From an uncultured Collinsella sp. (GTDB lineage: Bacteria; Actinomycetota; Coriobacteriia; Coriobacteriales; Coriobacteriaceae): 57,435 nt of DNA. Of this stretch, positions 1-9,373 are shown piece after piece. Under the pieces are notes generated by a model, which did not search any database, had not been told where the DNA came from, and worked only from the letters and a program-made list of their open reading frames with translations. The first letter of the stretch is position 1, and the number at the start of each line of letters is the position of its first letter. Made by a program: the position numbers and the translations under genes. The DNA lies in assembly GCA_900548295.1 (NCBI GenBank), contig URKC01000001.1, positions 1-57,435 of the forward strand, written 5' to 3'.

Positions 1-198
1 ACAGTTAGTTCAGATTTGTATTTTTGGGAGGGTGGATAAAGGCCGATTTGAGCTCAAATGAGCTGTTCTTGGCGGTCTGAGGCGACAAGGATGCGCAGTC
101 AGGAATGAGAAAAGGGCGTTATTGGGTCTAAAACGGCTTCAAAACGATACGTTTGCACGTAAGGACCCGGCCAAAAAATACAAATCTGAACTAACTGT
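1..198. repeat. Inverted-repeat cassette A (204-bp family; outer 3 bp of the left arm lie before the window start)
   Basis: Perfect 25-bp inverted repeat, 1-25 (ACAGTTAGTTCAGATTTGTATTTTT) and 174-198; same arm sequence and spacing as the cassettes at 24961 and 26490. Confidence 0.9.
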
Positions 199-658
199 TC
201 ACCACCCTCCGTCAACCTCTCATTCCAAACCAAATCAGCCAACGTACGTCATAGCAATCTCCGGTAGGTCGCAGGGCGGCGGTCGAGCTTTTCTCTCGGG
301 AAACTGCGCGAAGCCCAGTTCCCGAGGGAAAGGTATGGTCTGTGTAATACCAGATGAACAGTACATTTTTGCTAGATTGGTATTTGACTGAAGAACCAAT
401 TGGTATGGCTTATTAAGCCCACCTTGCCATTGACGCTCATTTTACTGCCGCTGGGAGAATTCCGAACTTGGTTGCGCAAGTGCTCCCATATGTTGATATG
501 AACTAGTGGGTGGCTATCTGGTTACTACCAGTTGGCCCCTTGGTAACGGGTGGCCCCATTGTGCGGAATGTACCGAACATCCCCGTTTGATACGTTTTCC
601 CATGCTGCCGGGGGGGGGCGTCCTCGGCACCTCAGCATCTCTGGAGAAAGGAGACCAG

Positions 659-3600
659 GTGCGCAGGAATTCCATTTTTACGAAACGGTGGGTGAAGGGA
701 AGCGCGGTCCTCGTTGCCACTGCAGCGACGCTCGTGTTTGCCAATCCCCAGCAGGCGATTGCCACGCCACTCAAGGGCGTCGACTCAGCGACCGTGTCCC
801 AGTCTGCCTCGAATGTCGTCGACATCGATTTCGCTGACGGCATCAAGGGCCGTATTACGTTCCTCGAGGACGGTATTTTCCGTTATAACGTCGACCCCAA
901 GGGTGAGTTTTCCGATTACGCCACGCCGCGCAGTAAGTCCCACACGGCTAAAATCCAGGCTCAGCCCGATACCTCGGACACCTACAGCAAGCCGAGTGCG
1001 ACGGTTGCCGACAAGGGCGACACTATCGAGATCACCGGCGGAAAGGCGACCGTGATCCTGGACAAGGCGACTGGCAAGATGAGTATCAAGTCAGGCGACC
1101 GTGTCGTGGTTTCCGAGTCCGCGTCCCTCGACCTTGATAAGAAGGGTACCGTCCAGACGCTCGCCAAGGAGAAGTCCGAGAACTTCTTTGGCGGCGGCAC
1201 CCAGAACGGACGCTTCCTGCACACCAACCAGACCATCGCCATCTCCAACACGAACAACTGGACCGATGGCGGCGTCGCCTCGCCCAACCCGTTTTATTGG
1301 ACGAGTGACGGCTACGGCGTACTCCGAAACACGTTTGCAGAGGGTTCCTACGACTTCGGTTCCACGGACTCATCGACGGTCACGACTTTGCACAGCGAGA
1401 ATGAGTTTGATGCCTACTACTTCGTGGCGACCAACGAGGGCGCTTCGAACGTGGCAACCGAGATGCTGCAGGACTACTACAAGGTGACCGGTAACCCGGT
1501 ACTGCTGCCTGAGTACGGGTTCTACCTTGGTCATCTTAATGCCTATAACCGTGATGGCTGGTCAACGACCTCGGGTCAAAAGAAGTGGGAGACCAAGGGC
1601 AGCAAGTCCTCGAGCGAGAAGGGCGACGTTAAGTACGAGTCTGGCATGTCGACGGGCTACAAGCTCGACGGCACACTTGCGGCCGAGACGCTCAACGGTA
1701 AGGGCCCTTCGGTTGATACCGAGAACATGAAAGCGACCGATTTCGACCGCCAGTTCTCTGCTCGTCAGGTTATCGATGACTACGAGGACAACGACATGCC
1801 GCTCGGCTGGTTCCTGCCGAACGACGGCTACGGCGCCGGCTATGGCCAGAACGGTTACTACAAGACCGGTGGCGTCAACTCCGACGGAACGAGCTCGGCT
1901 GACCGTCTTAACGCTGTGCGTGCCAATGTCGACAACCTTAAGAAGTTCACCGAGTATGCCAACTCCAAGGGTGTGAGCACGGGCTTGTGGACCCAGTCCA
2001 ACCTTGAGCCCGACAGCAACTCCGAGACCCCGTGGCATCTGCTTCGCGACTTTGACGCCGAGGTCAAGACGGGAGGCATCTCTACCCTTAAGACCGACGT
2101 CGCCTGGGTTGGATCTGGCTACTCCTTTGGTCTTAATGGCATCAAGACAGCTTATGACACGGTGACGACCGGCGCCAACAAGCGCCCCAACATCATCACA
2201 CTCGATGGTTGGGCCGGCACGCAGCGCTTTGGCGGCATTTGGACCGGCGACCAGTATGGCGGTAACTGGGAGTACATTCGCTTCCATATCCCCACGTATA
2301 TCGGTCAGAGTCTTTCGGGCAACCCCAACATCGGCTCCGACATGGATGGCATCTTTGGCGGCGACCCCATCATCTCTGCGCGTGACTACCAGTGGAAGAC
2401 GTTCACGCCCTCTATGCTTGACATGGACGGTTGGGGCACCTACCGTAAATCGCCCATGACGCACGGCGATCCCTACACAGGCATCTCGCGCTTCTACCTC
2501 AAGCTCAAGGCGCAGCTCATGCCCTATATCTACACGAGCGCGGCCTCGGCGGCCAACATCGACACGGGTAACGGCGATGCCGGCCTGCCCATGATCCGCG
2601 CCATGCTGCTTTCCGACAACTCCGAGTACGCCGCAAGCACTTCGACGCAGTACCAGTATATGTTCGGTGAGAACTTCCTAGTGGCACCGGTGTATCAGGA
2701 TACCCAGGCAGACGAGAACGGCAACGACATTCGCAATGGGATTTACCTCCCCAACTACGGCACCGACGAGAATCCCACCATCTGGATCGATTACTTCTCG
2801 GGTAAGCAGTATCGCGGCGGCCAGGTTCTCAACAACTACGAGGCTCCGCTTTGGAAGCTGCCGCTGTTTGTGAAGGCCAACGCTATCGTGCCGATGTACG
2901 CCGAGAACAACAACCCCGAGGCCGTGAGCGACACCAACACCAAGGGTACCGACCGCAGCCAGCGTATCGTCGAGTTCTTCGCCACCGAGGGCGACGGCAC
3001 CTTTACGCAGTACGAGGACGACGGCTCTTCCATCGAGAACAACACGACTGAGGACGATTCCTACGGTACGATCGACAATATCTCCTACGGTGAGCATGTG
3101 AGCACCGTCTACAGCTCCAAGGCCGCAGGCGGCACCGCGACCTTTACCGCCGAGGCCTCGAAGGGCGGCTACAACGGCTACGACTCCAACCGCACCACGA
3201 CCTTCGTGGCCAATGTGTCCGCCAGGCCCACGAGCGTTGTCGCCAAGAACGGCGGATCCGCGCTCAACGTGGTTAAGGTCGACTCGCAGGAGACCTTTGA
3301 CGCCGCGACCCCCGAGGCCGGCCAGGCGGTCTACTTCTACAGCGAGACCCCCAACCTCAACCACTACGGCAGCGATGCGGACGGCACCGAGGCCGAGCAG
3401 GGCGAGAGCTTCAACAACACCAAGATCACCACGAACCCCAAGGTCTACGTCAAGTTCGCGAAGACCGATGTTGCTGCAGCGGCGCAGACGCTTGAGCTGG
3501 GCGGTTTCGTGAACGCCGACGCCACGCTCACGGCCGATCGCCTCAACGAGAACCTCTCCGCACCCACGAACCTTGCTGCCCCCGAGGACGTCACGACCCC

Positions 3601-6600
3601 AACGAGCATCAAGCTCACCTGGGGAAAGGTCGATGGTGCTACCTCCTACGACCTTAAGGTCGACGGCACCGTGTTCGCCGTGGGTGATGTGGCCGAGTTC
3701 ACGCACAGCGACCTCGCTTACAATAGCAAGCACACCTACCAGATTCGTTCGCGCAACGCCGAGGGCTACTCCGCCTGGAGCGATGTGCTCGAGGCGAACT
3801 CCGCACTCGATCCGTGGCGGAACGTCCCCGACGCCGAGCAAATCACCTGGGAGGGCTCACTTTACGGCAGCCATAAGGCCGAGCTCGCCTTCGACCATGA
3901 GTTCCAGTCGGGCGACGGCGGTTTCCACTCCGGTGGCAACGATCTGGGCAAGGCGCTTACCGTTGACTATGGACGCGCTTACAAGCTCGATAAGCTCGAG
4001 TACTATCCGCGCGATGACGCCGGCAACGGCACTGTGACCAAGATGCGTGTTGAGACGAGTCTCGATGGCGTCCACTGGACGAGCCAGGAGGTCGATTGGG
4101 CACGTTCCGCTGATTGTAAGACGGTAGCGTTTGACGGCACCGTGGCCGCCCGTTACGTGCGCATGACACCGCTCGCCTCGGTCGGCAATTTCTTCTCCGC
4201 GTCCGAGATTGCCATCTACAAGACCGACGGCACGGATGGCTTCGCCGTGGGCTCCAACCTCAACAAGGCCACGATCTCCGACGGAGACTACTCCAACATG
4301 AAGAACTATCTGGGCCTCGAGAATCGCGAGCCCGATACCCCGACGTTCGGTTCGCAGATCCGCGACCACTTCGCCGACCTCAACGATAACGGCGTTTACG
4401 ACGTCTACGATTACTCGTTCACCATGGCGGGTCTTGACGGCGGCACTAAACAAAAGGGAAAGGTCGCAGGTTCGCTCGCGGTGATTCCGAGCAAGACCGA
4501 GGTCGAGGCCGGTGATGAGATCACCGTTGATGTCTATGCGGCCGACGCCAAGAACGTCAACGCCCTGGGCGCTCTCGTCAACTTCAAGAGCGACCAGTTC
4601 GAGTTTGTGTCCGAGAGCATCGCGCAGGACGGCTCGACTGCCGGCATGGAGAACCTGTCTCGCGAGAAGGTCCAGTTCGCGGACAGAACGCAGACTATCA
4701 ATCTCGCCTTTGCCAACCGCGGCGATGGCAAGCTCTACAACGGTACCGGCGCGGTGGCGAGTTTCAAGCTCAAGGCCAAGACCGCCGGCAAGGTCGAACT
4801 GCCCTCGACATCTTGGCTCATCGGTCCGGCATGCGACGCACTTGAGTTTGCGAGCGACGGCACGGTGACGATGCCGGATGTTCCTCAGCCAACGGTCGCC
4901 GAGTACGGTCAGGACGCCTTCAACATCACGATGACCAACGATGAGCTCACGACCGACGACGGGACCAACGTCGAGAAACTTATCCAGCAGAAGAGCTATA
5001 ACGCGCTGTTCGATAATAACGAGGGCGACAACGGCTTTGAGTTCCTATGGGACTGGGAGCCCAACTGGAACAGCGAGGGTAAGCTTCCGAGTTACGTGAA
5101 GCTTCCCACCACGATGACATTCGCATTTAAGACGCCGTCGAAACTCGATAGTGTCGAGGTCGTTAACCGCAACGGTGGCAACGGAACCGTGCAGAAGATC
5201 AAGGCTGTCGTGACGTTCGAGGATGGCTCGACCCAAGAGTTCACGGGCGGGGAGTACGATTCCTTCCGGGCTCGCTACGCCTTTGGCCTCTCTGCCGAGA
5301 ACAAGGGCAAGAAGGCGACCAAGGTCGAGGTCACGCCGCTTGAGGCATCGGGTGCCCAGATGCTCACACTGCGTGAGGTCAACTTCAACTACACGCAGGG
5401 CGTCGCGGCCATCGAGGGTGTCGAGCTAGGCAAGAACCAGACAGAGTTCTTTGAAGGCGACGTTACGCTCGTCGACGCCAAGGCCACGCCTGAGAGCGCC
5501 GGCTACCCCTATGTGACGGTCGAGAGCTCCGACCCCTCTGTGGTAAGCGTCTCCGCTGTTCAGGCTGGCGATAGCGTGAGCTACTACCTGCGTGCCAACA
5601 AGGCCGGCAAGGCAAAGATCACGGTGGCGTCGGTGCTCGACCCCTCCAAGACCGCATCCTATGAGGTCGAGGTCAAGGCTGGTGTCGATACCTCTGCGCT
5701 CGTGGCAGCGCTTTCCAAGGCCGCGGGCTACAGCGAGTCCGTCTACACTAAGGATTCCTATGCAGCTCTCACCGCTGCGGTCGAGGCGGCTCAGAAGCTC
5801 CTCGACGGCGGCCAAGGCAGCTATAGCAAGAAGGATGTCGCAGACGCCACAGCCAAGATCGAGAAGGCAATCGACGGCCTCAAGATGCGCCCTGTCGATG
5901 AGAAGATTCTTATCAACACGCCCGAGAACCGCAAGAACGTCAAGGTGGTCGGCTTCTCGAGTGAGGCCGACTACGAGGGCAGCAACGCCGTCAACGCTCT
6001 CGACGGCGACGAGCGGACGCTTTGGCACAGCGACTGGGCCCATGGGACCGGTATGCCCCAGTATCTGAGTGTCGACCTGGGCCGCGACTACGATCTCACC
6101 GACGTCACGTTCCTGCCGCGCCAGGACGGCGGCACTAACGGCGATATCTTCGAGGCCGAGATACTGGTCTCCGACACTGCCGACGGTTATAAGATGGGCA
6201 CCGCCGCGTCGATGGGTACGTTCGCCTTCGACAACGACGGCCGCGTGCTCACCGACCGTGGCGACTGGAAACAGATGAGCTTTGGCGCCGCGCGCGGTCG
6301 CTACGTGACCGTCAAGGTGATTCACGCCGGCGGTGGCAACGTTGATGCCTACTGCAGCTTGGCGGAGCTCAAGTTCTACGGTACGGCCGTCCCCGATCCG
6401 GTGGCGAAGGATGATCTCGCTGCCGCGATCGAAAAGGTTGATGCCGAGGTTACTGCCGGCGACCTCAAGGCCGGTGACTACACCGAGGCCTCCTGGACGG
6501 CGCTCGAGAACGCCCTGGCGAGCGCCCGCGCCATCTTGAGCGACGAGAACGCCACGCAGGACGAGGTCGACCAGGCGCTCAGGGCGCTCGAGAGCGCCCG

Positions 6601-7072
6601 CGGCGCGCTCGAGAAGACCCCGGTGGCCCCGGTCGAGAATCCGACTAAGAAGCAGCTCAAGGCCCTGGTCAAGCAGGCGAAGGAGACTGACACCAGGGGC
6701 AAGACGGCCGAGTCTGTCAAGGCCCTGACGGATGCCATTACCTACGCCGAGGACGTCTTGGGTTATGAGAATGCTTCCGACACCCAGCTCCAGGCGGCCT
6801 ATGACCAGCTCAAACTGGCTATTGAGAGCCTCAAGGATGCCGATTCCGGCAATCAGGGCGGCTCGGGCAACCAGGGTTCCGGCAATGGCTCGAACGGCGG
6901 CAACCAGGCGGGCAAGCCCGCAGGCGACAAGGCCCAGGGTAGCAAGAAGAACGGTTCGGCGATTCCCAATACCGGAGACCAGACGGCGGCGACCGTCGCG
7001 ACCGTCGGTGGTCTTGGCGCCATCATCGCCGCGATCGGCGCTTTCTTCCATCGTCGCAGCAAGGCTAAGTAG
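659..7072 (+). CDS. Cell-wall-anchored multimodular GH31 glycoside hydrolase, likely alpha-N-acetylgalactosaminidase (Nag31 type), with FN3, two to three F5/8C (CBM32)-like, dockerin-like, cohesin-like, Ig-like and FIVAR modules
   Basis: GTG at 659 after RBS GAAAGGAG; signal peptide; GH31 motifs WFLPNDGYG, LKTDVAWVG, WTGDQ; C-terminal IPNTG, hydrophobic helix and basic tail. Confidence 0.88.
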   Translation: MRRNSIFTKRWVKGSAVLVATAATLVFANPQQAIATPLKGVDSATVSQSASNVVDIDFADGIKGRITFLEDGIFRYNVDPKGEFSDYATPRSKSHTAKIQAQPDTSDTYSKPSATVADKGDTIEITGGKATVILDKATGKMSIKSGDRVVVSESASLDLDKKGTVQTLAKEKSENFFGGGTQNGRFLHTNQTIAISNTNNWTDGGVASPNPFYWTSDGYGVLRNTFAEGSYDFGSTDSSTVTTLHSENEFDAYYFVATNEGASNVATEMLQDYYKVTGNPVLLPEYGFYLGHLNAYNRDGWSTTSGQKKWETKGSKSSSEKGDVKYESGMSTGYKLDGTLAAETLNGKGPSVDTENMKATDFDRQFSARQVIDDYEDNDMPLGWFLPNDGYGAGYGQNGYYKTGGVNSDGTSSADRLNAVRANVDNLKKFTEYANSKGVSTGLWTQSNLEPDSNSETPWHLLRDFDAEVKTGGISTLKTDVAWVGSGYSFGLNGIKTAYDTVTTGANKRPNIITLDGWAGTQRFGGIWTGDQYGGNWEYIRFHIPTYIGQSLSGNPNIGSDMDGIFGGDPIISARDYQWKTFTPSMLDMDGWGTYRKSPMTHGDPYTGISRFYLKLKAQLMPYIYTSAASAANIDTGNGDAGLPMIRAMLLSDNSEYAASTSTQYQYMFGENFLVAPVYQDTQADENGNDIRNGIYLPNYGTDENPTIWIDYFSGKQYRGGQVLNNYEAPLWKLPLFVKANAIVPMYAENNNPEAVSDTNTKGTDRSQRIVEFFATEGDGTFTQYEDDGSSIENNTTEDDSYGTIDNISYGEHVSTVYSSKAAGGTATFTAEASKGGYNGYDSNRTTTFVANVSARPTSVVAKNGGSALNVVKVDSQETFDAATPEAGQAVYFYSETPNLNHYGSDADGTEAEQGESFNNTKITTNPKVYVKFAKTDVAAAAQTLELGGFVNADATLTADRLNENLSAPTNLAAPEDVTTPTSIKLTWGKVDGATSYDLKVDGTVFAVGDVAEFTHSDLAYNSKHTYQIRSRNAEGYSAWSDVLEANSALDPWRNVPDAEQITWEGSLYGSHKAELAFDHEFQSGDGGFHSGGNDLGKALTVDYGRAYKLDKLEYYPRDDAGNGTVTKMRVETSLDGVHWTSQEVDWARSADCKTVAFDGTVAARYVRMTPLASVGNFFSASEIAIYKTDGTDGFAVGSNLNKATISDGDYSNMKNYLGLENREPDTPTFGSQIRDHFADLNDNGVYDVYDYSFTMAGLDGGTKQKGKVAGSLAVIPSKTEVEAGDEITVDVYAADAKNVNALGALVNFKSDQFEFVSESIAQDGSTAGMENLSREKVQFADRTQTINLAFANRGDGKLYNGTGAVASFKLKAKTAGKVELPSTSWLIGPACDALEFASDGTVTMPDVPQPTVAEYGQDAFNITMTNDELTTDDGTNVEKLIQQKSYNALFDNNEGDNGFEFLWDWEPNWNSEGKLPSYVKLPTTMTFAFKTPSKLDSVEVVNRNGGNGTVQKIKAVVTFEDGSTQEFTGGEYDSFRARYAFGLSAENKGKKATKVEVTPLEASGAQMLTLREVNFNYTQGVAAIEGVELGKNQTEFFEGDVTLVDAKATPESAGYPYVTVESSDPSVVSVSAVQAGDSVSYYLRANKAGKAKITVASVLDPSKTASYEVEVKAGVDTSALVAALSKAAGYSESVYTKDSYAALTAAVEAAQKLLDGGQGSYSKKDVADATAKIEKAIDGLKMRPVDEKILINTPENRKNVKVVGFSSEADYEGSNAVNALDGDERTLWHSDWAHGTGMPQYLSVDLGRDYDLTDVTFLPRQDGGTNGDIFEAEILVSDTADGYKMGTAASMGTFAFDNDGRVLTDRGDWKQMSFGAARGRYVTVKVIHAGGGNVDAYCSLAELKFYGTAVPDPVAKDDLAAAIEKVDAEVTAGDLKAGDYTEASWTALENALASARAILSDENATQDEVDQALRALESARGALEKTPVAPVENPTKKQLKALVKQAKETDTRGKTAESVKALTDAITYAEDVLGYENASDTQLQAAYDQLKLAIESLKDADSGNQGGSGNQGSGNGSNGGNQAGKPAGDKAQGSKKNGSAIPNTGDQTAATVATVGGLGAIIAAIGAFFHRRSKAK

Positions 7073-7090
7073 CCCCAGCAACAGCTAAGC

Positions 7091-7134
7091 AAGCGTGCCC
7101 GCCGTCCCACCCAAGGACGGTGGGCACGCTTTTT
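7091..7134 (+). terminator. Intrinsic terminator after the GH31 gene
   Basis: Stem AAGCGTGCCCGCCGTCC / GGACGGTGGGCACGCTT followed by a T run. Confidence 0.8.
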
Positions 7135-7289
7135 GAATGTAGGCGGAAAGCTCCGACCCTTCGGCCTTAATCTCGCAAAGCGTTCCGTCTCCCGCCGAAC
7201 ACATCAGCATCGGCGGCTATACTTGAATTATTTGCAGTTAAGGGTCGCGGATTCGCTGCGTCACCGCTCTCAACAGGAGGTCTTTGTTT

Positions 7290-7754
7290 ATGGCAGATCA
7301 GAAGCCGGTTGTCGGGATCATCATGGGCTCCAAGTCCGATCTGGGCGTTATGGAAGGTTGCACCGCCGAGCTCGAGGCGCTAGGCGTGCCCTATGAGCTC
7401 GTGATTGCAAGCGCGCACCGTACGCCGGCGAAGGTCCATGAGTGGGCCTCGACTGCTGCTGACCGCGGCATCAAGGTGATTATCGCTGCTGCCGGCAAGG
7501 CTGCTCACCTGGGCGGTGTCGTGGCGGCCTTTACGCCGCTGCCGGTCATCGGCGTGCCTATGAAGACGAGCGATCTGGGTGGTATGGACTCGCTGCTGTC
7601 GATGGTGCAGATGCCTTCGGGCGTGCCCGTTGCCTGTGTGGCCATCAACGGTGCCAAGAACGCTGCCATTTACGCCACGCAGATTCTGGGCGCATGCGAC
7701 CCCGAGTACCGCAAGGTTATCGAGAAGATGAAGCAGGAGATGGCTGACGCCTAA
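7290..7754 (+). CDS. purE: N5-carboxyaminoimidazole ribonucleotide mutase
   Basis: Motifs IIMGSKSD, SAHRTP, AGKAAHLGG, GMDSLLSMVQMPSGVPVA. Confidence 0.96.
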   Translation: MADQKPVVGIIMGSKSDLGVMEGCTAELEALGVPYELVIASAHRTPAKVHEWASTAADRGIKVIIAAAGKAAHLGGVVAAFTPLPVIGVPMKTSDLGGMDSLLSMVQMPSGVPVACVAINGAKNAAIYATQILGACDPEYRKVIEKMKQEMADA

Positions 7755-7790
7755 GCGCTCTGCCAGTCCATTTGCAGCATAAGGAGAGCT

Positions 7791-8789
7791 ATGTCCGACT
7801 ATCAGGGAAAGCGTTTTTCGGCTTCTCGGATTCCCGATCCAGCCACGTCGGGAGCAGCCCGCGCGCCGCAGCAGGGTCGGACATCCTCTCCTCAGCAGCC
7901 GCGCGCGCCGCGCCCCGTGACGCCGGTGAAGCATCGCCGTCAGGATACTCCTGCTGCATATCGCCCTTCGTCATACAGTACGGCCAAGAAGTCACCTCGC
8001 TCTTCGGCGCATACCGCGCCATCGAGTTATACCGAGCCACCGCGCAAAAAGCGCCGCTCCGTTATCCCCATCTTGCTCATCATTATCGGCATCGGCCTAA
8101 TCGTTGCTGCGGCCGCCATCTTTATCAACGCGCAGATTGGCTACAAGCAGGCGAGCGAGTCGTATCAAAAGATCGAAAAGCAATATGTGAGCGACAAGGA
8201 CGCCAGCGGCGTGCCGATTATCGACTTCAATGCGCTTGCCCAGACAAATCCCGAGGTTGTGGGTTGGATTTACGCGCCCGGCACCAACATCAACTACCCC
8301 GTGGTGCAGACCAACAACAACTCCAAGTACCTCAACACGCTGTTCGACGGTACGGCCAATGCCTCGGGTGCCATCTTCTTGGATAGCGACGACACCGCGC
8401 CGGGCATGGTGGATCAGCAGACCACGATTTACGGTCATCACATGAACGACGGTTCGATGTTCAACGTGATTTCGAACACGACCGATCAGGCGACGTTCGA
8501 CAGCATGGAATACGTGTACTACATCACGCGCGATGCGACGTATAAGTTGCGTCCGCTGGCGACCAAGGTGGTCGAGGACACGTATGCCAAGGCGCGCACG
8601 CCCAACTTTGAGGGCGATGACGGACTGAAGAATTACCTGTCCGAGATGCTCGACGGTGCCTCTGCCGTGGCGAGCGATGCCACCGATCGTGCCGCTTCGG
8701 CAACCAAGGTCGTAACGCTTGTGACCTGTCGTTCACTGTCATTTAGCAATACGCGCGCCGTCATGGTGCTCACGCCGGTTGAGGAATAA
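7791..8789 (+). CDS. srtB: Class B sortase
   Basis: N-terminal TM helix; VGWIYAPGTNINYPVVQ, IYGHHMNDGSMF, catalytic TLVTC and downstream R. Confidence 0.85.
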   Translation: MSDYQGKRFSASRIPDPATSGAARAPQQGRTSSPQQPRAPRPVTPVKHRRQDTPAAYRPSSYSTAKKSPRSSAHTAPSSYTEPPRKKRRSVIPILLIIIGIGLIVAAAAIFINAQIGYKQASESYQKIEKQYVSDKDASGVPIIDFNALAQTNPEVVGWIYAPGTNINYPVVQTNNNSKYLNTLFDGTANASGAIFLDSDDTAPGMVDQQTTIYGHHMNDGSMFNVISNTTDQATFDSMEYVYYITRDATYKLRPLATKVVEDTYAKARTPNFEGDDGLKNYLSEMLDGASAVASDATDRAASATKVVTLVTCRSLSFSNTRAVMVLTPVEE

Positions 8790-8853
8790 GTTGTTCGAGA
8801 GTAGCTAAAAGCCCCGTCCCAAATGAGCTACTCGACGACGGTAATAAGGAGAA

Positions 8854-9273
8854 ATGATGCTTGAAAGTGGCAAATCGATGCCTTCGGTTGATGCTTGGCT
8901 GCGCGAGGCCAAGGCCGATTCGTCGGCTCCTGCGTGCGGTATGTACCTGACACACAACGGCGTGGTGCGCGCGACGCCCAAGGCCGAGGTGCGCGGAGTC
9001 GAGACCGATGGCGTGGCGCCGGGCCACAAGGTGGGCGGCATGGCGTTTGGCTTCGATGCCGAAAAGGTGCAGGCCGCTATCGAGGCAACGCACGCGATGC
9101 CGGGTATCGGTTACGTGCGCGTGTGGTTGGCGAGTGGCGAGCTTACCGTGGGCGACGACATCATGCTCGTGCTCATTGGCGGGGACATTCGCCCACATGT
9201 GGTCGATGCGCTGCAGGCGCTCGTCGGTACCATCAAAAATGAATGTGTGAGCGAGGTCGAGCGCGAGGCGTAA
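8854..9273 (+). CDS. moaE: MoaE-family (molybdopterin synthase large subunit-like) protein
   Basis: HNGVVR, GELTVGDDIMLVLIGGDIR, IKNECVSEVE pattern. Confidence 0.7.
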   Translation: MMLESGKSMPSVDAWLREAKADSSAPACGMYLTHNGVVRATPKAEVRGVETDGVAPGHKVGGMAFGFDAEKVQAAIEATHAMPGIGYVRVWLASGELTVGDDIMLVLIGGDIRPHVVDALQALVGTIKNECVSEVEREA

Positions 9274-9297
9274 TGCCGGCAGCAGCACTCGCCAACA

Positions 9298-9340
9298 AAA
9301 AGCCCGCTGGCAGTTCAAATCAGTCTGCCAGCGGGCTTTT
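9298..9340. terminator. Bidirectional terminator between convergent genes
   Basis: AAAAGCCCGCTGGCAG / CTGCCAGCGGGCTTTT. Confidence 0.8.
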
Positions 9341-9373
9341 CTGTGCGTTGGAAAATCTCGGCATTGCGTGGCG

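Noticed and set aside
506..658. Extended N-terminus of GH31 from the ORF track
   Set aside because: A strong RBS and signal peptide fit GTG at 659
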